Assembly (NCBI RefSeq): GCF_006345805.1
Contig: NC_043001.1
Span: 74,586,001 to 74,650,000 of the forward strand
Direction: 5' to 3'
Source: Octopus sinensis
Taxonomy: Eukaryota
DNA length: 64,000 nt
The position numbers were made by a program, and so were the translations under genes. The notes beneath the pieces are model-generated. The model was not told the DNA's origin, did no database searches, and saw only the letters and a program-made list of their open reading frames with translations. This document shows positions 11,850 through 23,022 of the stretch, piece by piece (the first letter of the stretch is position 1; each line of letters begins with the position of its first letter).

Positions 11850-13752
11850 TCTAGAATCTTGACATCATCATAAAAAAAGACAGAGGCAAACTGGATGGAC
11901 ACTGCCATTATTTTAAGAATTCAATATTTTATACTATTTGTGACAATGGCGAGCAGCGTTTGAGACGGTGGATCCTGTACAGCCGATCAATGAGTGCAGT
12001 TTATTGCTTTTACTGTACTTTGATGTCAAACCACCGTGAAAGGTTTTCCAACTAGGATGGTTTTAATGATTAGGGGACATAAAAAAAAAGGCAGAAGAGA
12101 AAATGAAAGCGTATAGAGAAATCAAGGCCACAAAGATTCTGTGTTGCACTTCAATATCTTGTGTAAAGTATGTTCTCATATTAAAAGGGGGTTGGAAAAA
12201 CAAGTGCAGGAAAACAATAAGTATTGGACCGAAATATTGCGCTGTGTTGTATCTGTGAAAACATTTCTAACCGAGAGAAGCACCGCATTTAGGGGTACTG
12301 AAGAGCTCATAGGATCTAAGCACAGTGGGAATTTCCTAGGAATTATGGAACTTATTGCACAATTTAATCCATTTCTAATGGGTTACTTGAAAGCATTTGG
12401 CAATCCCAGAAGATATTTTGCGAACTTTGGACATATTTCGCCTCACTACAACAGGCACTTTCAATTCATGATGAAGGGCTTACTGGAACCTTTCCAACTG
12501 TAGCTCTTAGAATATATTTGAGCTTGATGGTCACTAGTTGTTCAGGAGAGAGGCATTCAGCAGAATGGGACTGATAAAGAATTATCTAGGAACCACAGTT
12601 TCTGTAATTTAGCGCCAGACTGCGTTCATGTTGATCAACTAACAGTTAATGCGCGTTATGCTGCTTATGGGAGTCGATAAAAAAGCTTTTAACTATCCTG
12701 CAAACTGGAACTCACAAAGCGGGTGTACTAGCTACATCTGTATCAAAATTTCTTTAAAAAATAGTGCATACATTTTTAAGACTACAGGGACAGCTGTATG
12801 ACAGCTTTAGCAATATATCTAATCACTACACAGGAATGCGAGCCAGACTAGAGGAAATGAACCTGGCAACAATTTTCCTTCCCTGATTCCTTGAAAGACC
12901 TTCCAAAATTACATCGGGAGAAGTATGAAGAATTGGAAATTGATGACTGGAACATGTGAGGAAATATAGACGATAAAGCAACGAAAAATGGATCAAAGAA
13001 GTGAATCAAACGTGATGCAAATCTAGCATCACCCTCGGAAGTTGTTCAAGAGAAAAATCATTTTAGATCAGTTGTTTGATGCCTTATAAAACCACGGTGT
13101 TGTGTATCAATTGGTGCATGACAAGTTCAAAGTTATAGTGAACTTATGTAGTTTACTTGATGAAGAGATAAGAACTGAAACTCTTCATCACTTTCCAATG
13201 CGTTCATAGAAGAAATAGTACAGTATGCTGCTTTTTGCGAGCTTTGGACATCTTTCGCCTCACTACAACAAGCACTTTCAATCCATAATGAAGGGCTTGC
13301 TGGAACTTTTCCAACTGTTGATGTAGCTCTTAGAATATATTTGAGCTTGATGGTCACTAGTTGTTCAGGAGAGAGGCATTCAGTAGAATGGGACATATCA
13401 AAGACTAAGTACTCTGTGCCATTTGAATGTAGAAAGCAGTGTTCTAAAGACGATACTGTTCGAGGAAATCATTAAAGATTTTTCAGATACCAAGGTAGAA
13501 AGAAAGTGTTTTTGTATGTATTGCAGTAGTATATTGTGTTAAGTTGGTAAAACTTGCTTTACTTAGTTAGATGACAAAAGTTTGCATTAACAGATACATT
13601 TAAACTTTCTCTGTGCTAACTAGTCAATTGCATGTAATAGGTGGATTTTGAGATGTAAATTTAGTAAGTATTCATGGATTTTAATTACTGTGTATAAGGG
13701 GTCCACCGAACTTCAAGTATCCCGGGTCCTACAAGCTTTAAACTCGTCCCTG
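11850..13752 (+). mobile_element. Decayed hAT DNA transposon (ZMYM1/PRKRIR-like transposase remnants)
   Basis: TTF-type zinc-finger fragment (GEQRLRRWILYS..VYCFYC), DUF4371-like FLTERSTAFRG..GNFLGIMELIAQF, dimerisation-domain FPTVDVALRIYLSLMVTSCSGER, terminal ...CGTCCCTG; many stops and frameshifts. Confidence 0.85.
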
Positions 13753-14406
13753 CATTCACAGGGCCGGAAACTAACGGTTAACATTGAGTACTGTATCTGT
13801 TATTAGTTAAAGAGGGATCTATGTATGTATGTATGTATGTATGTATGTATGTATGTATGTATGTATGTATGTATGTATGTATGCATGTATGTATTCTCTC
13901 TCTCTCTCTATCTATCTATCTGTCTATCTATCTATCTGTTTGTCTGTGTGTCTACATGTACACACACACACATGTATGTATATGTGTGTGTATATTTGCG
14001 TGTATGTGTATAAATACACATATACACGAACAGATAATTTATCTTCCTTACTGCACAGAGTATTTCTAATGTTTTGTGACACACTGTACTTTATCGAATA
14101 CCCATAATTTGCACAGTACATTGGTTCACAAGGAAAACATTATCCGTAGTGTTATTTTAACGAAACAGCTTTGTCCAACGCATAAGTCCCAATGCAGTAT
14201 TATGCCAAAATGAAAGAGCTATCTCTTTCCTTATTTCCGTGGACAGAAAAAATCGACCCATCTGACCGGTTTTTAATTTCGTTTGATTCTAATCAGTGAT
14301 AGAATATTATATGTTCTACTCCGCGGGGCTGGAATATAGCTGATAGCTATACATAGTCATTAAGTTTTGCTCAATTGATTAATTCGATTTGTATAAATAG
14401 CAATTC

Positions 14407-14453
14407 AATCTCTGATGAGTATCAAATAAGTTTTGAAACCAATCAGATGGATT
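14407..14453 (+). ncRNA. Degenerate type I hammerhead-like motif
   Basis: AAUCU-CUGAUGA-...-GAAAC-...-GAU-GGAUU: stem I pairs, stem II is poor, triplet is not NUH. Confidence 0.35.
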
Positions 14454-14841
14454 TATAAATATTTTGGCTGCTTACAGAGAGAAAGATTTTTTGTTTACAA
14501 GTGTCACAATGCATCCAAGACTTTAGTGAATTCGAAAAGTTTTATCTTGTATCATATTAAAGATACAAGAGAAAATAAATACCATTTAGTGCACAATGAA
14601 CATTATAACTGGAGATGTAGTTAAAACATAGTTTTAATTGAAATAAGTGTTCTACGAAAACGATAATAACACTGCATTTAGTTCATTTTGGAACTAGCTT
14701 TATATGCAATGGTTTTAGAGTCTCAGCTTCCTGGTTGTAGACCAATTATTTAAGCATCATTACCCTTAATTTATCTCATTAAAATATCTTTTTTCAAGCC
14801 AACTATGGGCGTCTTTGCGGTCACTCGACCTGTGAAATATC

Positions 14842-15029
14842 TTTTATCTTTTACGTGTTGCAGTTATTTGATCGCGACCATTTTGGGACACCACCTTAAA
14901 GCATATTTAGTCGAAAGATTTGACTCGAGGCCTTATTTTTTGTAAACCTTAGTACTTATTCTATCAACACCGGCTGTCAAGCATTGAAGGGGACAAATAC
15001 GGACACAAACACACACACACAGACACAAA

Positions 15030-15090
<61 letters not shown>

Positions 15091-15228
15091 ACACACAAAT
15101 CTATAACAGACTTCTTTCAGTTTCTGTCTACCAAATCCACTCACAAAGCTTTAGTCAGCCCGAAGCTAAAGGAGGAGACATCCAAGGTGTCACGTAGTGG
15201 GACTGAATCCGGAACCATGAAGTTGGGA
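14842..15228 (-). mobile_element. SINE family A, diverged full copy with internal (CA)n
   Basis: Tail and head both recognisable on the minus strand. Confidence 0.75.
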
Positions 15229-15392
15229 CACATCCTACTGTCTTCATAAGGAAGGAGAGATTGGTCAATGTATTCTTATATTTTTATAAAAACATGATAT
15301 TACAATTTGGAAGTTTTTCGTCATAAATTATAAATAATTTGGGCTGAATAGCATTTAAACAACAACAACAACGACAACAACAACCACAGGAG

Positions 15393-15600
15393 GCGCGATG
15401 GCCCAGTGGTTAAGGCAGCGGATTCGCGGTCGTAAGAACGCGGTTTCGATTCACAGACCGGGCATTGTGAGTGTTTATTGAGCAAAAACACTTAAGCCCC
15501 ACGAGGCTCCGGTGAGGGTAGTGGCGAACCCCGCTGTATTCTTTCACTACAACTTTCTCTCACTCTTTATTCCTACTTCTGCCACAAAGCAGAGGAACCA
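15393..15600 (+). mobile_element. tRNA-derived SINE, probably a further family
   Basis: GGCGCGATGGCCCAGTGGTTAAGGCAGCGG...GGTTTCGATTC A/B-box-like head followed by a non-tRNA body. Confidence 0.65.
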
Positions 15601-15863
15601 TGGTGTAGCCCACTATGGTGTGGTAAACTTTCAGACCCTAGTCTAGATTGCGAATCCTCTGTACCCCAGGATGGTTCAGCTCTCCACCCGTTAAAAGCCA
15701 CCGTTTACGGAATGATGATAACAACGTAGCTTTCGCGCCCATGCAACCGCCAGTCTATCGCGTGTGGTGGGTGCATCTTCAAATTGCCGCACGCATTCTT
15801 TGTAGCTTAGAGTAGGCTCGAATTAGAGGTTATTCTTTGTGGCTAATGGCGTGAGTCCTGTTT

Positions 15864-16065
15864 GGAAGAAGAAGAAGAAGAAGAAGAAGAAGAAGAAGAA
15901 GAAGAAGAAGAAGAAGAAGAAGAAGACAACTACAGCTACAAAACTAACGACAATAACAATAACAGCAGCAACAACGAAGTGAACAACAACGACGACAACA
16001 CAACAACAATAACAATTGCGGCAACAATAACTGTAACAAGTACAACAACAACAATAACAACAACT
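15864..16065. repeat. (GAA)n followed by (AAC/AAT)n low-complexity tract
   Basis: Visible directly. Confidence 0.95.
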
Positions 16066-16084
16066 CTTTCTTATTTTGGCACTA

Positions 16085-16258
16085 GTCTAGCAATTTGGTA
16101 GGAGGTAGCAAGTTGATTATATCGACCTCAGTGCTCAGCTGGTACTTATTTTATCGAACCTGAAAAGATGAAAACGAAGCTGTCCTCGCCGATATTTGAA
16201 CTGGAATAAATGCCGCTAAGCATTTTGTTCTACGTGCTAACGGTTCTGCCAATTCCTC
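16085..16258 (-). mobile_element. SINE family B
   Basis: Reverse complement of the family B motif. Confidence 0.75.
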
Positions 16259-16559
16259 ACCTCAACAACAACAACAACAGCAGCAGCAAGAATAGCAACA
16301 ACAACGACAACCATATTTTTGTAGCTATTTGGCTATTTTTTTGTGTGTGTGCTCCTCTGCCCAAAATTCCATTCTCAGATTTCTCTTGTAACTCTCTATA
16401 AAATCATCTGAAAAATTTTTATGTCTTCTTGAAGGGAAAAGGAAAACCACAACCGTTTTATTAAATTTCTAAATGTCTAAATATCTGAGATAAAATGGTT
16501 TTTATAAGATTATATATTCTAGCACTTAGGTTTGTCATGAATGCTAGGACTCATAAGGG

Positions 16560-16790
16560 CAGAATTTCACCCGGTTTCCATGGTGTGTAAGAGGTTACAA
16601 CACTACCCCCAGAACGTGACGCATGTTCGTCGTAGTGCTAACTCCCCAACGTTTACTGGAATTCATTCGAGGATGAGTGGAGCAACGTGAAATGAACTGT
16701 TTTGTTCAAGAACACAACGCACCGCCCGGTTCGTGAATTGAAACTATGATATAACGAACATGTGTGCAATACTCTAACCACTAGGCCACG
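16560..16790 (-). mobile_element. SINE family C
   Basis: TGGAGCAACGTGAAATGAA...TTCAAGAACACAAC...CTCTAACCACTAGGCCACGCGC. Confidence 0.75.
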
Positions 16791-18110
16791 CGCTTTCAAC
16801 ATTCTTACACTATGAGCTTAAATTTTTAGAGATTTTTACAACTACGCTACGTTTCCATAGGCTTGATCTCCTTTTTCTTTTTCAGTCAGAAGAGAAGGCC
16901 GCACCCATGACTTTTTAACTGGGCATTAGAAAACGATGGAAGGAGAAAGGGAAGGCAGAAGGTATCCTTAATCCAAAGAACTAGCCTAAAGGCTTGCAAC
17001 TAAGGTATAGTTAACTCAAAATGCAAAGAGCCGGAGCAAATACCACAAGGCATCTTCTAATCCACTACCCTGGTTTGGTATTTTGTTTTCGACCCTGGGA
17101 TTGAATCCAAATCCACGTGGCTGCAAAGTGAACTTTTAACCACACATCCACGCTTGCGGCTACGTCTAATCATGAAGTCAATGGTCCGAAAAACTGACTA
17201 AATTAACAAGCAAAATAGTTCCAAAATCTCTGTAAGAGATGTAAGTAGTAATAATACTGAAAAAGAATGTTTGTTGCTACTTCAACATTGTTGTTACGTA
17301 CGGAACTACGTTACAACCATTTCTTAACCCCAAGAGGACATCTCCGGCTGGTTAATGACACAACTTGTACCCGATGTATTGCGTGCAACCAGGTTGAAGT
17401 GGCAACAAATATGACTAAATTGTTTTATAGTTTGTTGGTAAATAGTAAAATATTAATTTTTAAACTGAGTGATTGGTTTTAAGAAACAAGTTTTCCAGTT
17501 AGGGTTTGGAGGTTTTTGGCCAGAATAGTAACTGGGATATTTATTTTCTCATTTAATGAATTAGTGAAGAATTTCATTAAAGGAAAATATTTTATTGAGG
17601 TGATAGCAGTGAGGAAGAGAAAAATTTTAAAGAAGAAAGAATATTACAACACGATCTCTCAATAAGAACAATAACCTTTGAAAGACAAACGTTTTCATTC
17701 ATATTAAATCAGGGACTGAGTTATAGATTTTCTCTGTTTTTAACACTCTGAAAACCGGTTTGGCAAGCGTTTCTTTTGAATAATCAGACAAAAAAATATA
17801 TTAAAATAATTAGATTAGGCGTATCTCAAGAAAGTACTTGCGCATTTTCTCAGGAGGCTAGTGAAAAATTTTGAACTCAATCGACCAATTTGTATTGAAA
17901 ACAATGCAAGAAAAGCTAACAAAGAAATAAGCCTTCTCCACTGCAACACACCCAACATGGCTGAATATATGGTTAGTTATACTTGTAAACGACAGACAAT
18001 TGATCCATGGAAATTAGGTCTGAATTAAAGCAGAATTCCATTCCGACTAAGGAAGACAAATGTGAAGATAACAAAATTTATTGTTCGTGGTTTCATTATT
18101 TGGACTGTAG

Positions 18111-18478
18111 AAGGCGGCGAACAGGCAGAATTGTTAGCACTCCAGACAAAATACTTGGCGGCATTTCCTGTCTTTATGTTCTAATATCAAATTCCATAGA
18201 GAAGACGTTGCCTTTTATTCTTTCGTAGTCGATAAAACAAGTACCTATTTCTTTATTACCCACAAGGGGCTAAACACAGAGGGGACAAACAAGGACAGAC
18301 ATAGGTATTAAGTCGATTACATCGACCTCAGTGCGTAACTGGTACTTAATTTATCGACCCCGAAAGGATGAAAGGCAACGTCGACCTCGGCGGAATTCGA
18401 ACTCACAACGTAACGCAGACGAAATACCGCTAAGCATTTCGCCCGGCGTGCTAACGTTTCTGCCAGCTCGCCGCCTTA
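18111..18478. mobile_element. Inverted pair of family B SINEs (+ 18111-18245, - 18246-18478)
   Basis: Both copies recognisable, tail to tail. Confidence 0.85.
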
Positions 18479-18928
18479 ATAAAACAAGTACCAGTCGAGC
18501 ACAATTAACCCTCGCCTCCCCAAATTTCAATCAGTGGTCTTATTTTATTATATTAGCCCCAGTATCTTGTTTTGTACTTATTTTAACGATTTTGCAGTCG
18601 CGAAGTGAACTTCTTTAACACATGGCTATGCCTCCACCCACAAACTAGCACCACATTTAGAAATGATATTTAAAAAATCCAGAATTTATTTAATTTTAGA
18701 ATTAGAAAAATTGGTTGGTGATCCTAGGTTGCAGGTATATATATAACTGCCGGATTTATAAAGAAACGGAAATAATTCAAGAAAATGCAAAAGTGGACTT
18801 GGGATTTCCGAGTATGAAGAGAGAATGTGTAAATATATTAAATGCAATTCTTACAGATTTCTCTTTTTAGTTACTAGACTAATTTCTGTTTTCAAGGCAT
18901 TACACTTGCTAAATAACAAGACATTTCT

Positions 18929-18976
<48 letters not shown>

Positions 18977-19159
18977 ACGTGTGTGTACGTATGTGTGTAC
19001 GTATGTGTGTGTGTATAGGCAAAATTAGTTGAGGTCGCAAAAGAGACGGAAGCTGCTGACTAGCACCGCTTATGCTAAAATAAGAGTTAAATTAACTCCA
19101 AACCCACTAAACCACTATACTTGATGACTGACGAAGGGAGGTAGGTCCCTAGCGTTTAT

Positions 19160-19216
19160 AGCCGTATTGTGATTTCGAATTTATGGTGTAGACCATCTTA
19201 ATTCTCATCAGCGGCT
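19160..19216 (-). ncRNA. Type I hammerhead ribozyme with canonical core
   Basis: AGCCG-CUGAUGA-GAAUU...AAUUC-GAAA-UcacaA-UA/CGGCU: stem I 5 bp, stem II 5 bp with inner AUGGU/ACCAU hairpin. Confidence 0.8.
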
Positions 19217-19310
19217 CTTAACGCCTATGATTAAACTCAACTTCTTTTATCAATCTTAAAAAGAAAAACCGTTGAAATCATGTACTGATTTTCAGAATGG
19301 TAAAAACGTA

Positions 19311-19366
<56 letters not shown>

Positions 19367-19644
19367 GTATACGTGTGGGAGTGTATTTCAATTTGTAATT
19401 ACTTTAAAATATTTTTCATTTATAAGAAACACTCTGTTTTTACTATGTTAACGTAATAACTTCATTTGTTCACCAATAATAATGATATTTAATAAAGGAT
19501 TATTAAGCATTTACATATTAGTTTCGCTAATACGAAATACGCAAATCCATTTTTGTATTTTTCTGGGTTGTTTTGGCTGCAATATCGATCCCATACTTTA
19601 AACGACAGATTACCAAATTATTTTCTTTGATAATAAGCACAACA

Positions 19645-20150
19645 CCAACTTAGCATGCCGGGCGAAATGCTTAGCGGCATTTCGCCTGCTTTTACGTTCT
19701 GAGTTCAAATTCCAGCGATGTCGACTTTGCCTTTCATCCTTTCGGGGTCGATCTAATCGACTGGCCTCCTCCTCGAAAATTTCGGGTCTTGTGCCTAGAG
19801 TAGAAAAGAATAAACACAACACCAACATCTTTAGAGACAGAAATCTATTGATTTAATTAACCTCAGTATTTGATTGACACTTAATTTATCGATCCTGTTT
19901 GTAATGGATCCACCATATTTCCTGTTCTTCTTATTTTTGAAAACTTTGATTGGCACTTAATTTATCGAGCAGCCATTATCGTTAGCATGCTGGACGAAAT
20001 GCATAGTAGTATTTCGCCCGTCGCTACCTTCTGAGTTCAAATTCCGCGGCGGTCGAGTCGATAAATTAAGTACCAATGAAGCACTAGTGTCAATGTTATC
20101 GACAAATCCCCTCCCCCCAAATTCCGGGACTTATGCCTATAATAGAATGG
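19645..20150 (+). mobile_element. Two partial family B SINEs (19645-19812, 19975-20150)
   Basis: Family B motif in both. Confidence 0.8.
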
Positions 20151-20177
20151 ATTATTTTATTAGCTTCATATTGTAAA

Positions 20178-20697
20178 GGTGCATCTCCCAGTGGTTAGAG
20201 TCCAGCACTCACGATTGCCAGGTCGTGGATTCGATTACCGGACCGGGGTGGAGTGGGGGTGCGTGTTGTATTCTTCAGTAAAACACTTCATTCGAAGGCG
20301 GTGAGCTGGCAGAAACGTTAGCACGCCGGGCGAAATATCCTCAGCAGTATTTCGTCTGTCGCTACGTTCTGAGTTCAAATTCCGCCGAGGTCGACTTCGT
20401 TTTTCATCCTTTCGGGGTCGATTAAATAAGTACCAGTTACGCACTGGGATCGATATAATCGACTTAATCCGTTTGTCTGTCCTTTTTTGTTCCCCCTGTG
20501 TTTAGCCCCTTGTGGGTAGTAAAGAAATAGGTATTTCTTTCGTCTTTACGTTCTAAGTTCAAATTCCGCCGAGGTCCACTTTGGGTTTCATCCTTTCAAT
20601 TTCGATAAAGTAAATAGCAGTTGAGTACTGGAATTGATGTAATCGACTCATCTTCTCCCCAGAAATTTCTGGCCTTGTATCAAAATTTGAAACCGTT
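20178..20697 (+). mobile_element. SINE family C head (20178-20290) followed by a dimeric family B SINE (20296-20697)
   Basis: Similarity to other copies in the window. Confidence 0.85.
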
Positions 20698-21514
20698 ATT
20701 TTACTAGTTTCAATCATTGGATTGAAGTCATGCTGGATTACCACCTTTACTTGTGAAAATTGTCGTCAAGAAAGTGATTTCGCTGAATCCTGAAATAAAG
20801 CAAAACAATATAAAATATTCATATTTGAGGTTACTTTTAAGTATCAAAGATATTGGATTCTTACTCTGAGGACAATTTGGATTAGTATTCAAATATTTAA
20901 TGAAAAGAGTTTAACCTACGTATGGAAAGAGAGTTGCTTGAAAAAAAAATTAAATTGTCAAATTTACGTAATATCTTTGATGAGTTTTTAACTAGGACAG
21001 TTATTACAGGCTAGAAGTGTTCACAGGAGATTCTAAAACCCATTCCAAGCCTGTATTACCAGATTTACATGTACCACTCATTTCTAGTTGTTTTAGGTGC
21101 CTATGTAATCATGCGTAAACATAGACACTGTCTTGGCCCTTCCATCATCGACCTAGTTTTAAATATCAAGGAGGTGACAGTTGGTGGAAGAGGTCGCACC
21201 AATACTGGGATGATACACATTACAATTGAGTAGACCGAAACAGAATGAACTGAAGTGTCTTGCTGAAAGACAGAATGAACCACACAATCTAGAAATCGAA
21301 CATAATTTTGACCGTAAGATTGCGAGCTCAACACTCTATCCATTAGGCCATGCGCCTTCACAAATAGCAGTCCCTAAATATACAAACTATAAATTTATGA
21401 GGTGTGTGAATACCATATTCATTTGGTCATATTGACATGTTTATCTAATATTAATTACAAGCGGGGTTTCGATCGTATATTATAAAAATTATTAGGCAAT
21501 AATTTGGTATATAA

Positions 21515-21655
21515 TAACGCCAGAAATATCTTTCTAACTTTGCCACAAGGCTAGCAATTTTAAGAGCAAAACAAAGTTGACCTCGGCGGGATTTGAACTT
21601 CGAACTGAAAGAGTCGGAAGAAGTACCGCTAAGCATTTTTTGCAGCTCGTCGCTT
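21515..21655 (-). mobile_element. SINE family B fragment
   Basis: GTTGACCTCGGCGGGATTTGAACT...ACCGCTAAGCATT. Confidence 0.7.
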
Positions 21656-22731
21656 TAATGACGTCAGAGACATAAATAAGATGTCCGCTGTTTTATTGAT
21701 ACAGCAGTTTCTGCATGGTTTAAAATTTTACTTTGCAATCGTTTAGTTACAAGTTCAGTTCCACTGTCTAGCACTTTCTGCAAGTGTCTTTTACTTTCTC
21801 TTTTCGTCGACGCAAGCATTGTGAATAAAATTAAGGAAACGAAAACTGTGTGAAAGCCTGTCGCATATGGTGGACTATACCTATTCTAGGACGGTGGACT
21901 TAATCCTTTTAAATCTAGCATCCAAGAATAGTAGTTTCGGATCTTACAAATTACAATTTTCTCAAGAAAGCCAAGAGAAAAAAATGTTTTATTTTGACAC
22001 ATTCTACCAGTATACGAAGTTTAAAAGTGTTTAGTTAACTAGAAATTGTGTTTAAAACTGCCGTTCAAAAGGAAAAGATCCGTAGTTTCCCGAGGAGTTG
22101 ACCTACACAGATTAGATTTTCCACCGTGGTCTGATTTTTGGTCGTTTTTAGGGAAGTACGCTTTGTGACAAGTATTTTGCACAAGTCGTCGATTGAGGAT
22201 AATCTATGAGTGCTTATTTCCTCCACTTCTTCCAGCAATAACGGAGAACATGCAACAAGCAAGCTAACCTCTTTTCTTCTCTGACAGACCATAAAAAGTT
22301 TCATTATTATTGTTTTCCTCTTCTTTGTTAGATATTGATAGGGGAAATAAGAATATTGTACAGCCCCCAAACCCTGCCGAAAGACATTAGCAAAAGTTAA
22401 GGTTTTTGTTAAATTTCTTCCAACTTGAAGCTTTTCAAGTTTTAATAGATTATTAAAAAAATGTTTTTTGTAGTTTTTGAATGCTGAGAACGAAAACCGC
22501 ATTCATTTTTCTTTTAAAGGAATAATAAAGAAGTTACAAGCATTTAAAGTTATGTAGTTTATAATTGGTTGTATACTGTCAATCTAACACGAACGTGACA
22601 GTAGGGGGGTACACCACCGCTGTTTAGCCCTAGGAAGCATCAACGCCTCCTGATGGCTTTGACACATTTTTCCTGTGTCCTTATATACATTTGCGAAGGG
22701 GAGACAAACACCCCCAGCCGCCGGGGCTGCA

Positions 22732-22776
22732 TCTAGGGACACGTGTTTCAGGATGATTGTCCTTCGTCGGCCTAGA
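22732..22776 (-). ncRNA. Type I hammerhead with U4C core (CCGACGA)
   Basis: UCUAGG-CCGACGA-AGGA caauca UCCU-GAAAC-ACGU-GUC/CCUAGA: all three stems pair, palindromic stem III ACACGUGU. Confidence 0.75.
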
Positions 22777-22890
22777 GTAGCAGACACCGGTCAGTTGACG
22801 ATATCTGTCTCGACTCGTAATGTATATATCTAAATTTCAGTGAAGTCTATTCACTGATTATCAAAATCAGAAATACTAAATTTCTAAATC

Positions 22891-23022
22891 TCTCGTAGAG
22901 AGATTTAGAAACTCTCGTAGAGAGATTTAGAAACTCTCGTAGAGAAATTTAGAAACTCTCGTAGAGAGATTTAGAAACGCTCGTAGAGAGATTTAGAAAC
23001 TCTCGTAGAGAGATTTAGAAAC
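22891..23022 (+). repeat. Six tandem copies of the 22-mer TCTCGTAGAGAGATTTAGAAAC
   Basis: Counted directly; two single-base variants, no spacers. Confidence 0.95.

Noticed and set aside
22891-23022. CRISPR-like regular repeat
   Set aside because: No spacers, no cas genes, eukaryotic context; it is a plain tandem array.
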